Origin: Nitrososphaeraceae archaeon
GTDB lineage: Archaea; Thermoproteota; Nitrososphaeria; Nitrososphaerales; Nitrososphaeraceae
Direction: 5' to 3'
NCBI GenBank assembly: GCA_035297365.1
Contig: DATGZA010000050.1
Location: forward strand, 1 to 39,300
DNA length: 39,300 nucleotides
The notes beneath the pieces are model-generated. The model searched no databases, was not told the DNA's origin, and saw only the letters and a list, made by a program, of their open reading frames with translations. This document shows positions 30,359-39,300 of the stretch, piece by piece. The translations under genes were made by a program, and so were the position numbers. Each line of letters begins with the position of its first letter. The first letter of the stretch is position 1.

Positions 30359-30697
30359 ATGGTTAGAAATATTGGTATTATGGTTGGACTTCCAAGAAAA
30401 ACATGTGAAAATGAATTATGCCCGTTTCATGGTACCCTTTCTTTAAGGGGAAGATTATTTACAGGCACAGTAGAAAGCAACAAAGCCACTAAAATGGTTG
30501 TAGTTTCCAGAGAATACAATAGGTTGGTTACAAAATATAAAAGATATGAAAGAAGCAGATCTAAGGTTCATGCATTTCTGCCCGATTGCATTAGTGTCAA
30601 GGAAGGCGAAAAAGTGAAGATAGCTGAATGTAGACCTATTTCAAAATCTATATCTTTTGTTGTTGTGGAGGCTGAAAATAACAAAGATGGCATCTAA
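30359..30697 (+). CDS. rps17: Ribosomal protein uS17
   Basis: CPFHG, KYKRYE, AECRPISK. Confidence 0.96.
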   Translation: MVRNIGIMVGLPRKTCENELCPFHGTLSLRGRLFTGTVESNKATKMVVVSREYNRLVTKYKRYERSRSKVHAFLPDCISVKEGEKVKIAECRPISKSISFVVVEAENNKDGI

Positions 30698-31121
30698 ATC
30701 AAGAGCAGTTTCTGCCAAGGGTGCAGCGGAATTTCGACCATATGTTACAAAAGCATTACCGGTTTCTGCTCAAATTGTCTGTGCAGACAATACTGGAGCA
30801 AAAATCCTCAAGATAGCTCAGGTAACAAGGTACAAAGGAAGACATTCACGGCAACCATCTTGTGCTGTAGGAGACCTTGTAACCGTAACTGTAAAAAAAG
30901 GCCCAGCGCAACTTAGGAAACAGATCTTTGGTGCAGTTATAATTAGACAGAAATATCCAATAAGACGATTGAATGGATTACGAGTTACTTTTGAAGATAA
31001 CGCAGCAGTTTTAGTTACTCCTGAAGGAGAGATCAAGGGAACTGATATTAAAGGACCGGTAGCAGCTGAGGCGGCAGAGAAATGGCCAAGAATTGCAAAT
31101 CTTGCACCTGTAATAATTTAG
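30687..31121 (+). CDS. rpl14: Ribosomal protein uL14
   Basis: CADNTGAK, FEDNAAV, IKGPVA; start ATG 30687. Confidence 0.97.
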   Translation: MASKSRAVSAKGAAEFRPYVTKALPVSAQIVCADNTGAKILKIAQVTRYKGRHSRQPSCAVGDLVTVTVKKGPAQLRKQIFGAVIIRQKYPIRRLNGLRVTFEDNAAVLVTPEGEIKGTDIKGPVAAEAAEKWPRIANLAPVII

Positions 31122-31153
31122 CTATTTTATAGAAATTTGGTGATAAATGAAAA

Positions 31154-31690
31154 ATGTTAGAAATTAACGCAAATATGCTTTTGAAAAAACACAAACGTTT
31201 TGCAAATATTCGTTCGAAATTATCAGAAAATCTAAAGAAGGAATACGAAAAAAGAAATGCCCGCGTAATAAAGGGAGATACCGTAAAGATAATGAGAGGA
31301 GAATACAAAAATGTTGAGGGAAAGGTGGAAAAGGTCAATACAGAAAGGAGTACTCTGATAATCGAAGGCGTTCAGAAAGAAGTAGCAAAGGGAGGAAAAG
31401 TAAAAGTACATATCCATTCTTCCAATGTAATGATTACTTCATTAAATACGCAAGATAAAAAAAGAGAAAACGTAATAAAGAAAATTAAACATACCAAATT
31501 ATCTTCCTCAGATCGAGAAGGACAATCAGTATCTAAAGATAAATCTAGTAAAATAAGAGGTCGGGCTATGATGCAGGTCAAGAAAGGTTTACGGGTTAAA
31601 AGTTTGCGAAAAGTAAATGATAAAAAATTAACCGCTCCTGAAATCGAAGAAGATAATAATAAAGGAGGAGGTAATCAGAAAGAACGATGA
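31154..31690 (+). CDS. rpl24: Ribosomal protein uL24 with C-terminal extension
   Basis: KGDTVKIMRG KOW motif, IHSSNVMI. Confidence 0.93.
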   Translation: MLEINANMLLKKHKRFANIRSKLSENLKKEYEKRNARVIKGDTVKIMRGEYKNVEGKVEKVNTERSTLIIEGVQKEVAKGGKVKVHIHSSNVMITSLNTQDKKRENVIKKIKHTKLSSSDREGQSVSKDKSSKIRGRAMMQVKKGLRVKSLRKVNDKKLTAPEIEEDNNKGGGNQKER

Positions 31691-31812
31691 TTATTACGAG
31701 ATCACTTCAGTATCATTTACGTAATAATTGTATCAATGAAAAAATACTAGTAATGAGAATAAATAGATTACATAAAGTTAATAAATTATCTCTAGGAGGT
31801 ATCAGATAATTC

Positions 31813-32535
31813 ATGGGTAAGAAAGGGGGACAAACAACCCTCAAGAGACAGTCAGCTCCATTGTTTTGGGATATAAAAAGAAAAGAAGGACGTTTTATTC
31901 CAAAAATTCATCCCGGTACGCATTCAAAAGGTCATGCTTACGCCCTTAGTGTGTTACTGAGGGATGTACTGAAAGTTGTTCAAAATAGCAGTGAAGCAAA
32001 AAATATCCTAAATGATGGCAAAATAAGGATAGATAACGTTCCAAGATATAATCCAAATTTTGCAGTAGGTTTGATGGATACAATAGAATTGATTCCCTCA
32101 AAACAAGTATTTAGATTGGTTCCGAAGGATTCTTCCTTGTTATATCCAATCGAAATCAATGAAGATGAAAAACATTTCAAACTAGTAAAAATAATTCGAA
32201 AGAATATTGTAAGAGGAAATAAGATCCAGTACGGATTTCATGATGGCAAGACTAAAATTTCAGAGAATATGCTACAAGTTGGTGATTCATGTCTTTTAAA
32301 GACACCCGAGCTCGAGATTGCTGAACACTTAAAATTATCCAATAATTCTCTAATATTGATTACTCGTGGCGATAACGCCGGAAAATTAGGAAGGGTGCAA
32401 GAAATAAAAGGAGGAACGTTTTCACTGCCAAAACGTGTTATAGCATCTTTTGAATCGAAAAATTTGGAAATACCGATAGACATGATTATGGTTATTGGAA
32501 ATGAGAATGAAAATCCTAGAATTAAAGTGAGTTAG
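31813..32535 (+). CDS. rps4e: Ribosomal protein eS4
   Basis: LKRQSAP, LLRDVL, VGLMD, FHDG, GDNAG. Confidence 0.96.
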   Translation: MGKKGGQTTLKRQSAPLFWDIKRKEGRFIPKIHPGTHSKGHAYALSVLLRDVLKVVQNSSEAKNILNDGKIRIDNVPRYNPNFAVGLMDTIELIPSKQVFRLVPKDSSLLYPIEINEDEKHFKLVKIIRKNIVRGNKIQYGFHDGKTKISENMLQVGDSCLLKTPELEIAEHLKLSNNSLILITRGDNAGKLGRVQEIKGGTFSLPKRVIASFESKNLEIPIDMIMVIGNENENPRIKVS

Positions 32536-32545
32536 GTGAAAAAAA

Positions 32546-33112
32546 ATGACTGAAACTTTAGATAATAAAGAAAATAATGAACAGTTGAATAATAAGAATT
32601 CAAAAAAAACAATCGACATGAGAGTGATCGAGATAGAGAAAGTTGTGATTAATATTGGGGTAGGCAAGTCTGGTGATCCTATAGAAAGAGCTAAAATGGC
32701 CCTAGAAGAATTGACTGGACAAAAACCAAGTGTTAGAGGTGCAAAAAAATCTGTTAGAGATTTTGGAATACATAAAGGAGAACCAATTGGAACCATGGTT
32801 ACATTAAGACGAGATAATGCTATAGAATTCATAAAAAGAATATTCTCTTCGAAATCAAATACAATAAAGAGATCATCAATTGATACAAACGGAAATATGT
32901 CCATAGGAATTAAAGAACATATTGATATTCCTGGGACAAAATATAACCCCGATATTGGCATTTTTGGAATGGATGTCTGTGTCTCATTAAAAAGACCTGG
33001 GTACAGAATAGCTAAAAGAAGGAATCCAGACAAGATAGGTAAGTTTCATCGAATTAGTCCACAAGAATCTGAATTATTCTTTCAACAAAAATTTGGAGTT
33101 GAAGTAATTTAA
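32546..33112 (+). CDS. rpl5: Ribosomal protein uL5
   Basis: KVVINIGVG, VTLR, EHIDIPG, IGIFGMD, RPGYR. Confidence 0.97.
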   Translation: MTETLDNKENNEQLNNKNSKKTIDMRVIEIEKVVINIGVGKSGDPIERAKMALEELTGQKPSVRGAKKSVRDFGIHKGEPIGTMVTLRRDNAIEFIKRIFSSKSNTIKRSSIDTNGNMSIGIKEHIDIPGTKYNPDIGIFGMDVCVSLKRPGYRIAKRRNPDKIGKFHRISPQESELFFQQKFGVEVI

Positions 33113-33113
33113 G

Positions 33114-33293
33114 ATGCCAAAACCTCGTGATTATGCGGAAACGGGTAGAAAAAAGGTTCCTCATGGAAAAGGAAATAGATGGTGTAAAAAATGTGGTTCA
33201 TATAATGGATTAATACAAAAATACGATATCATGTTGTGTAGGCAATGCTTCAGAGATGTTGCTAATGGTATGGGTTTCAAAAAATATGAATGA
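33114..33293 (+). CDS. rps14: Ribosomal protein uS14, zinc-binding type (absent from ORF track)
   Basis: Manual translation, 59 aa: MPKPRDYAETGRKKVPHGKGNRWCKKCGSYNGLIQKYDIMLCRQCFRDVANGMGFKKYE. Confidence 0.96.
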   Translation: MPKPRDYAETGRKKVPHGKGNRWCKKCGSYNGLIQKYDIMLCRQCFRDVANGMGFKKYE

Positions 33294-33402
33294 TTTTGGT
33301 GGTAATGATCTAGATATGATTTCAAGAAATAATCTATATATAAATAAAAAGAATATGATAAAATATAATGTAATATCCTTAACTGGAGATGAATTCATCT
33401 AA

Positions 33403-33795
33403 ATGCCAGCATTAAACGTTGTGTCGAATTTGTTTACCACTCTATATAACAATGAGGCAAGAAGAAAAAAAGAATGTCTTGTCTCTCCGTCTTCAAAATT
33501 TGCTAGCGAGATTTTACGCGTATTACAAAAATATCGATTTATTGGAGAATTTGAACAAATCGACGATAATAGAATGGGTAAATTTAGGATTCAGTTGCTT
33601 GCTAAGATAAACAAATGCGGAATAATCACTCCTAGATATAATCTTAAAAAAGATGAATATCTAAACTGGGAAAGACAGTTTTTACCTGCATATAACGTTG
33701 GACTTCTACTTGTGTCTACCAGTAAAGGAATCATGTCACATCATGATGCTCAAATTCAAGGATTGGGAGGAGTTTTGATAGGTTATGTCTACTAA
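33403..33795 (+). CDS. rps8: Ribosomal protein uS8
   Basis: IGEFEQIDD, INKCG..TPR, VSTSKGIMSH. Confidence 0.97.
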   Translation: MPALNVVSNLFTTLYNNEARRKKECLVSPSSKFASEILRVLQKYRFIGEFEQIDDNRMGKFRIQLLAKINKCGIITPRYNLKKDEYLNWERQFLPAYNVGLLLVSTSKGIMSHHDAQIQGLGGVLIGYVY

Positions 33796-34339
33796 TGAAA
33801 ATAAACCAACTGCTGAGATAATTATTCCTGAAGATATTAAAGTCACTAAAGAAGGAAATGTATTAATAGTTGAAGGCAAGAAAGGAAAACTAACCAAAGA
33901 TTTTACAAAAATTCCTACAACTTTAGTCTTTGAGAATAACAAAATAGTGATTCAACCACCTGGCAAAAGAAAAAAAGATCTTGCATTAGCAAATACAGTA
34001 AGAAGTATAATTTCAAGCATGATGAAGGGTGTTGAAGTAGGGTTTACTTACAAACTAAAAATAGTATTTTCACACTTTCCAATAACTGTTAAAGTGAAAG
34101 ATAAAAGAGTAATAGTTGATAATTATTTTGGCGAGAGATCTTCAAGGGTGTCTAGAATTGTCGGTGAAACTACCCAAGTAACTGTAAATGGCGAAGATGT
34201 TATTGTTAAAGGACCCAGTCTTGAAAATGTCTCTCAAACTGCCTCCAATATTGAATCTTCAACCAAGATAAAGAACAAAGATTTACGTGTTTTTCTGGAT
34301 GGAGTATATCTTTATTCAAAACAAGAAGGAATGGAGTAA
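33785..34339 (+). CDS. rpl6: Ribosomal protein uL6
   Basis: SHFP, NYFGE, VSQTASNIE, DLRVFLDGVY. Confidence 0.97.
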   Translation: MSTNENKPTAEIIIPEDIKVTKEGNVLIVEGKKGKLTKDFTKIPTTLVFENNKIVIQPPGKRKKDLALANTVRSIISSMMKGVEVGFTYKLKIVFSHFPITVKVKDKRVIVDNYFGERSSRVSRIVGETTQVTVNGEDVIVKGPSLENVSQTASNIESSTKIKNKDLRVFLDGVYLYSKQEGME

Positions 34340-34596
34340 ATTTCCGTCTTGATTGGAAAAGAATTTTAATATACTTTTTAAATATATTCAGGACCAAAAA
34401 TCAAAAATTTTAATTTATTTAAAACCTGTAAAGAATGGATAAAAGTTGTAAGAATTTGATCAAAAAATAAATATTCGATTTTCCAGTATTCTGATCAAAC
34501 TTTTCAATATTGTTTAATCTTAGATGTATTCAAAAAGTAATAAAATCAACAAATAAGAAAACATTTTTATTCTGATATAAAAAAAAATATTTGAAT

Positions 34597-34700
34597 GCCG
34601 CTGTAGCTCAGCATGGTAGAGCAAATCCGAAGCGTTCCTCGTTCCGGAGCTTAACTGGCTGTTAACCAGTGGGTCATCAGTTCGAGTCTGATCAGCGGCG
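34597..34700 (+). tRNA. tRNA-Asn(GUU) with 30-nt intron at 27/28 (34625-34654)
   Basis: Acceptor GCCGCTG/CAGCGGC, D stem GCTC/GAGC, anticodon stem ACTGG/CCAGT with GTT at 34661-34663, T arm ATCAG-TTCGAGT-CTGAT, G73; intron ends form a bulge-helix-bulge. Confidence 0.95.
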
Positions 34701-34720
34701 TTTAATTTTTTTGAATTTTA
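34701..34720 (+). terminator. Oligo-T tract after tRNA-Asn, probable archaeal terminator
   Basis: TTTAATTTTTTTGAATTTT directly after the discriminator base. Confidence 0.5.
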
Positions 34721-35086
34721 TTATCATTTTATAATTCAATATTTTTTACATTAGGGTGAGTTTTTACTTTCGAAAGTGTCTTAAAATCGTACAATAACCC
34801 AATAATTTTATTTTCTTTTTTGTGTGTTTTTATTTATTTTTAAAAAATGTCTACCATATATGTGTCTAATTCATTCTGTTTATATTATATTATTATTTAT
34901 ATTATATTATTATTTTATATTTTGAATTTTGATTAGTTTTTTACTTTATTTTTGCGAAAAATTTCAAGTTATATTATAAAATTTATATAAAACAATACAA
35001 AAGGGGATATATTTATTATTTTATAGAGAATATTATAATAGAATTAATCAGTTAATCTTTTATAATCTACAAAAGATTGTATTGCA

Positions 35087-35773
35087 ATGAAGGCCGTAAT
35101 TCTAGCCGGAGGTTTAGGAAAGCGACTTAAACCGCTGACCAATGACCGACCTAAACCGATGATAGAGGTGCTTAATAAACCTATATTAGAATGGCAAATT
35201 AGATGGTTTAAAAAACATAATATTGATGAAATAATTATTTGTTTAGGATATCTCAAAGAAACAATCATAGATTATCTAGGTAGTGGAAACAAATTTGGGA
35301 TCAAAATAGGTTATGTAGTCGAAGATACTCCTTTGGGAACAGGTGGAGCACTAAAAAATACTTCCAGTTTGCTTACCGGTACTACTGATGATGGATTCTT
35401 TATGACTAATGGAGACATATTGACAAATCTCGATCCACATCGTTTGTGTAAGGAAAATAAATCTAGTATTGCTCTTGTTCCGCTCAGAAGTCCTTATGGC
35501 GTAGTAAATATAGATGAAAATTCTGATGTAATCGGATTTGATGAAAAACCGGAAATTCCTGACAAGTGGATAAATGCAGGAGTATATTATTTCACAAAGG
35601 AAATTTTCGAATATTTACCTGACAATGGAAACATAGAGACCACTGCTTTACCGACCATGGCAAAGGAAGGTAAACTAAAAGGAATTCGGTTTATCGATAT
35701 ATTTTGGAGATCTATTGACTCCCATAAAGATATTGATGAGGCTGCGAAAGAGCTAGATAATAATCCGAGATAA
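35087..35773 (+). CDS. Sugar-phosphate nucleotidyltransferase family protein
   Basis: AVILAGGLGKRLKPLT..RPKPM, PLGTGGAL, NGD, EKP, INAGVY. Confidence 0.93.
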   Translation: MKAVILAGGLGKRLKPLTNDRPKPMIEVLNKPILEWQIRWFKKHNIDEIIICLGYLKETIIDYLGSGNKFGIKIGYVVEDTPLGTGGALKNTSSLLTGTTDDGFFMTNGDILTNLDPHRLCKENKSSIALVPLRSPYGVVNIDENSDVIGFDEKPEIPDKWINAGVYYFTKEIFEYLPDNGNIETTALPTMAKEGKLKGIRFIDIFWRSIDSHKDIDEAAKELDNNPR

Positions 35774-35785
35774 TATAATCTATTT

Positions 35786-36850
35786 ATGTTGATTGATAAA
35801 ATCGGTTATAATATTGGAACGCTTCTCTCTCTTGAATCCATATTAGGTTTTGCAAAGAAAGTTGAAGAAAAAACAAATGTTCATTCATTATGGGTTCCAG
35901 AATCTTGGGGCCGCGAGGCTTTTGTATCGTTGGGCGCCCTCTCCCAGGTCACAAATAAAGTAAAACTAGGTACTGGAATAGTTAGCATTCATTCTAGGAC
36001 CCCTGCCACGGTGGCAATGGCTATTTCTACTCTTGATATATTGTCTAATAACAGGTCCATTCTAGGACTTGGTGTGAGTACACCTGCATTGGTAGAAAAT
36101 TGGCATGGAATTAAATTTGACAATCCTTTTGAAAAAATGAGAGAATATATTGAATGTATCAGAATGATAATGAAGGGTTCAAAAGTAAAATTTGAAGGAA
36201 AATACTTTAAGATAAATGATTTTAAAATACTGTTTAAACCTCAAAGGGAAAATATCCCGATTTATACTGCTGCTGTAAATAATGGTATGATAGACTTATC
36301 TAGTGAACTTTCAGATGGAGTATTGTTGTATCTCAGATCAAAGAACGAATTAAAAAAGGGAGTAGACCGTATTTTAAATAACATTTCTGGGAAAAAAGAT
36401 GTTGGTAATTACGATAAAAAATTTTGCGAAAATGATATAAAAAATATTAAAGATGATGAATCAAAACAGAGAAAAAATTTCGAAATTTGCTGTGCTTTCA
36501 TAACTGCTATATCTGACAAAGAACCAGACAAAGCAAGAGAAAGAGCTGCAAAAACTCTTGCCTTCTATGTGGCTGTGGGTAAGTATTATAATAGGTTTCT
36601 ACTAAAGACGGGATATGAATATGAAGTTAATAATATTACAGAGGAATACAAAAAGAATGGAATTGAGAATATCCACAAATTTGTATCTGATAGTATGCTC
36701 GAATCGCTAACGATATGTGGAACTAGAGAAGAATGTAGAAAATCTCTAGAAGTGTTTGTAAATACTGGAATAACCTTGCCTATAATTCAGATTAATCCGG
36801 TAGGAAAAGATCCAGAAAGTTCAATTATGGAATTGTTATCAACTTTTTAG
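35786..36850 (+). CDS. LLM-class (luciferase-like, probably F420-dependent Mer-like) oxidoreductase
   Basis: LWVPESWGRE, KLGTGIV, RTPA..AM...TLD.LS..R.ILGLG. Confidence 0.9.
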   Translation: MLIDKIGYNIGTLLSLESILGFAKKVEEKTNVHSLWVPESWGREAFVSLGALSQVTNKVKLGTGIVSIHSRTPATVAMAISTLDILSNNRSILGLGVSTPALVENWHGIKFDNPFEKMREYIECIRMIMKGSKVKFEGKYFKINDFKILFKPQRENIPIYTAAVNNGMIDLSSELSDGVLLYLRSKNELKKGVDRILNNISGKKDVGNYDKKFCENDIKNIKDDESKQRKNFEICCAFITAISDKEPDKARERAAKTLAFYVAVGKYYNRFLLKTGYEYEVNNITEEYKKNGIENIHKFVSDSMLESLTICGTREECRKSLEVFVNTGITLPIIQINPVGKDPESSIMELLSTF

Positions 36851-36852
36851 TA

Positions 36853-38250
36853 GTGAGAAAAGTTTCAATTCTGGCTGGTGAAACATCTGAGTTCAGGAGA
36901 CCTAGCAAGGGAAACATTAAAAACAAAAATTCGAAATATAACTATGACGTAGATAATAGTACGACAAACACACATAAAAATATTATTCAGATTGCACTAG
37001 AACCTACTATCAAACTTTTAAAAAACACCGGATTTCCTAGAAATCTTATAGATGCAGTAATCTTTTCATCTTGCGATCCAAGTCAATATCTTTCTAGCAT
37101 CATTGCTGAAATTCTTGGAATCAGACCGAAAATATCACACAGGTTAGATAATCTCTGTAACTCTGGGACAAATGCGATTATATCTGCCTTTTCATATATC
37201 TCTGCGGGATTATGTGACTCTGCTCTTGTTATTGGTGCAGAAATGGCAGATTCACCTGGTAAGATTTTACAGAGTGATTTCTCCAGAGGACAATTTGCAT
37301 TACCAGTATACTGGGGTGCTATTTTTAAAAAAATGCATATGAAAAAATATGGAACAAAAGAGGAACAAATTTGTATGATTCCAGTTAATAACTATTCAAA
37401 AGCAAGAAATAATAGCAATGCGATTAACAAAGGAAAGGAAATTACTCTCACTGAAGTCATGAATTCAAAAATGGTTGTAGAGCCTTTACGATTACTAGAA
37501 TGTTGTTCCATATGTGAAGGTGCGTCCTCGATATTGCTTGTTGCAGATGAAAAAATACCTTTTTTCACGTCAAAACTTTTTTCTAATGATAACCTTCAGG
37601 GAACGGAAAACTCATTTTTTGGCGGTAATAGTTTCCATAATTCAAATAAAATTAGAGAAAATATAGTTGCTAAAAAAACACTTATTCCAGTATCTATAAG
37701 GGGGATAGGACAACAAACTACTTCTGCTAGCTTTAGTAATGCTGTTGAAGAGAATTTTAGATCGAGTCCTGCTAAAATTGCGGCACAAAATGCTTATGAC
37801 ATGGCAAAACTTACCCCCAATCATATTGATGTAGTTGAATTACATGATGCCTTCTCTATTCTTGAAATCATGGCATATGAAGATCTTGGATTTGCTGCTA
37901 AAGGACAGGGAGGTAAGTTTATTGAAAAACAAGAATCGAATATGTATGTTAATCCAAGCGGTGGAATAATTGGATGTGGTCACGCTCTGGGTGCAACAGG
38001 AATAGCACAGACTGTAGAAATTTTTAAACAATTATCCGGAAAAATTGATGATGATATTGACCTTAGTTATAACAATAGAATCCATATACACGAAACTGAT
38101 TTTAGAGACAATAGTTATGCTTACAATACCCCAAAAGTGAAGAGACAAAATAATATTAGTAGACAAATAAGGTCTTATATTAAATTTGGTCTCATTCATA
38201 ATCTGGCAGCCGCTGGAACATCTGCGTCAGTTTTGATCCTAGAAAAATAA
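36853..38250 (+). CDS. Thiolase family protein (archaeal/SCP2 type)
   Basis: DNLCNSG catalytic Cys, ELHDAF, VNPSGG, GHALGATG, HNLAA; GTG start. Confidence 0.92.
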   Translation: MRKVSILAGETSEFRRPSKGNIKNKNSKYNYDVDNSTTNTHKNIIQIALEPTIKLLKNTGFPRNLIDAVIFSSCDPSQYLSSIIAEILGIRPKISHRLDNLCNSGTNAIISAFSYISAGLCDSALVIGAEMADSPGKILQSDFSRGQFALPVYWGAIFKKMHMKKYGTKEEQICMIPVNNYSKARNNSNAINKGKEITLTEVMNSKMVVEPLRLLECCSICEGASSILLVADEKIPFFTSKLFSNDNLQGTENSFFGGNSFHNSNKIRENIVAKKTLIPVSIRGIGQQTTSASFSNAVEENFRSSPAKIAAQNAYDMAKLTPNHIDVVELHDAFSILEIMAYEDLGFAAKGQGGKFIEKQESNMYVNPSGGIIGCGHALGATGIAQTVEIFKQLSGKIDDDIDLSYNNRIHIHETDFRDNSYAYNTPKVKRQNNISRQIRSYIKFGLIHNLAAAGTSASVLILEK

Positions 38251-38272
38251 GTGTATTAAAAAAGAGAGATAA

Positions 38273-38779
38273 ATGAAAGAGGAGAAGACTAGTTTTAATG
38301 ACCTAAGTTACATCGATCAAAATTCTGGAAATTACCAACAATTTATTGACAATATAAAAAAAGGAAATTTTGTTTTACCATACTGTTGTTATTGCAAAAA
38401 AAATATCTGGCCCCCTGTTGAATATTGTAACAAATGTTTCAATAAAGTAGAACTAATAAATCTTGAAAATGAAAAAGGGAAATTGATTGACATTTTTCAT
38501 TCATATATGAATATAGAAAAAAAGAAAAAGGGAAATACTAACAAAGATGTTAGTTATGTAGATACTATTGTATTAGTTGAATTCAACGGGGTAAAACTTT
38601 TAGGCTCAGTTGATATGAAAAAGTACGAGGATCCATATAGATCAAATTTGACAAAAAAGACGAATATGACAAAATTTGAGAAAAAATCACAAGATTCAAA
38701 GATCATTTATGTAAAAATCAAAAAATGTGGTTTTTCTGGTAATAAAATATTCTATGAATTCAAACTAGTCAAAAAGTAA
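38273..38779 (+). CDS. DUF35 Zn-ribbon/OB-fold protein
   Basis: CCYC..NIWPP.EYCNKC Zn ribbon, beta-rich C-terminus, directly after thiolase. Confidence 0.8.
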   Translation: MKEEKTSFNDLSYIDQNSGNYQQFIDNIKKGNFVLPYCCYCKKNIWPPVEYCNKCFNKVELINLENEKGKLIDIFHSYMNIEKKKKGNTNKDVSYVDTIVLVEFNGVKLLGSVDMKKYEDPYRSNLTKKTNMTKFEKKSQDSKIIYVKIKKCGFSGNKIFYEFKLVKK

Positions 38780-38855
38780 TATTAAAAAAGGAAAGAACAA
38801 AGGATATCCAGTACAGTTTAATTAATATATCAAACAAAGTTATCTGAATATTGAT

Positions 38856-39218
38856 TTGGGTAACGACAGATTTGTCGACGAAAGAATATTGACAAGTAGG
38901 GATGCTCTGAATAAATATCAAATGAAAATAAAGTTACTCGATATTGACGAAAATGCAAGGGATTATTCAATCAGGTTTGGAAGGAGGGTTCTTGTAAGAA
39001 AGATAATGTTAATCTCAAAACACTTAGATACTCAGGAAATTGAAGAAATCGAACTCGATGTTGAAGAACTTGAAAACAAAGTAAGAAAAGAAAGACATTA
39101 TTCCTCTTCAAATAGGTGGATATCTCCAAACGAGATCAAAAACGGATATATTGTCTCCTCTCGACATCAGGATTTATTGGCTGACGCGATCTCACTAGAT
39201 GTTATCGTGTTCGATTAA
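38856..39218 (+). CDS. Hypothetical protein
   Basis: 120-aa ORF with normal composition, TTG start after TATA-like TTAATATA; no recognised motif. Confidence 0.7.
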   Translation: MGNDRFVDERILTSRDALNKYQMKIKLLDIDENARDYSIRFGRRVLVRKIMLISKHLDTQEIEEIELDVEELENKVRKERHYSSSNRWISPNEIKNGYIVSSRHQDLLADAISLDVIVFD

Positions 39219-39300
39219 AAATATCTCTTTATCTTATCTTCTTGGTAAGAATCCAATTAAATATACGATGAGTCAAAAAAAATTATTTTCTTTCTATATA

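Noticed and set aside
34720-35080. Very AT-rich tract with TATATTATATTATTATT duplication; possible replication origin
   Set aside because: No ORB-like repeats or cdc6/orc1 gene; simple low-complexity DNA

Overview
AT-rich archaeal chromosome segment. Gene content, r-protein order (no uL2 between uL23 and uS19, cluster ending at uL6), many TTG/GTG starts about 25-30 nt after TATA-like boxes, and a tRNA with a non-canonical intron point to an ammonia-oxidising Nitrososphaeraceae archaeon (Ca. Nitrosocosmicus-like; inference). Layout: (1) 1-2.5 kb decayed accessory patch with a tyrosine-integrase relic and two amidase fragments in permuted order around an intact gene for a probably exported Asp/His/Arg-repeat protein; (2) 2.6-11 kb stress/proteostasis-flavoured cluster (site-2 protease-CBS, PAC2 chaperone, two Usp, bacterial-type class I GAPDH, PHP hydrolase, Dps, Met-rich PepSY protein); (3) trmI-argS-HAD phosphatase and an interrupted purF-purL-purQ-purS-purC cluster with an atypical tRNA-Thr(UGU); (4) DUF371, proteasome alpha, redoxin, SPOUT methyltransferase and the uL3-uL6 ribosomal cluster, including a uS14 gene missing from the ORF track; (5) tRNA-Asn(GUU) with a 30-nt BHB intron at 27/28; (6) nucleotidyltransferase-LLM oxidoreductase-thiolase-DUF35 operon. 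Many core enzymes and r-proteins carry Asn/Lys/Asp/Ser-rich insertions or tails. No CRISPR array, rRNA or intact mobile element seen. All calls come from motif recognition by eye; no searches were run.
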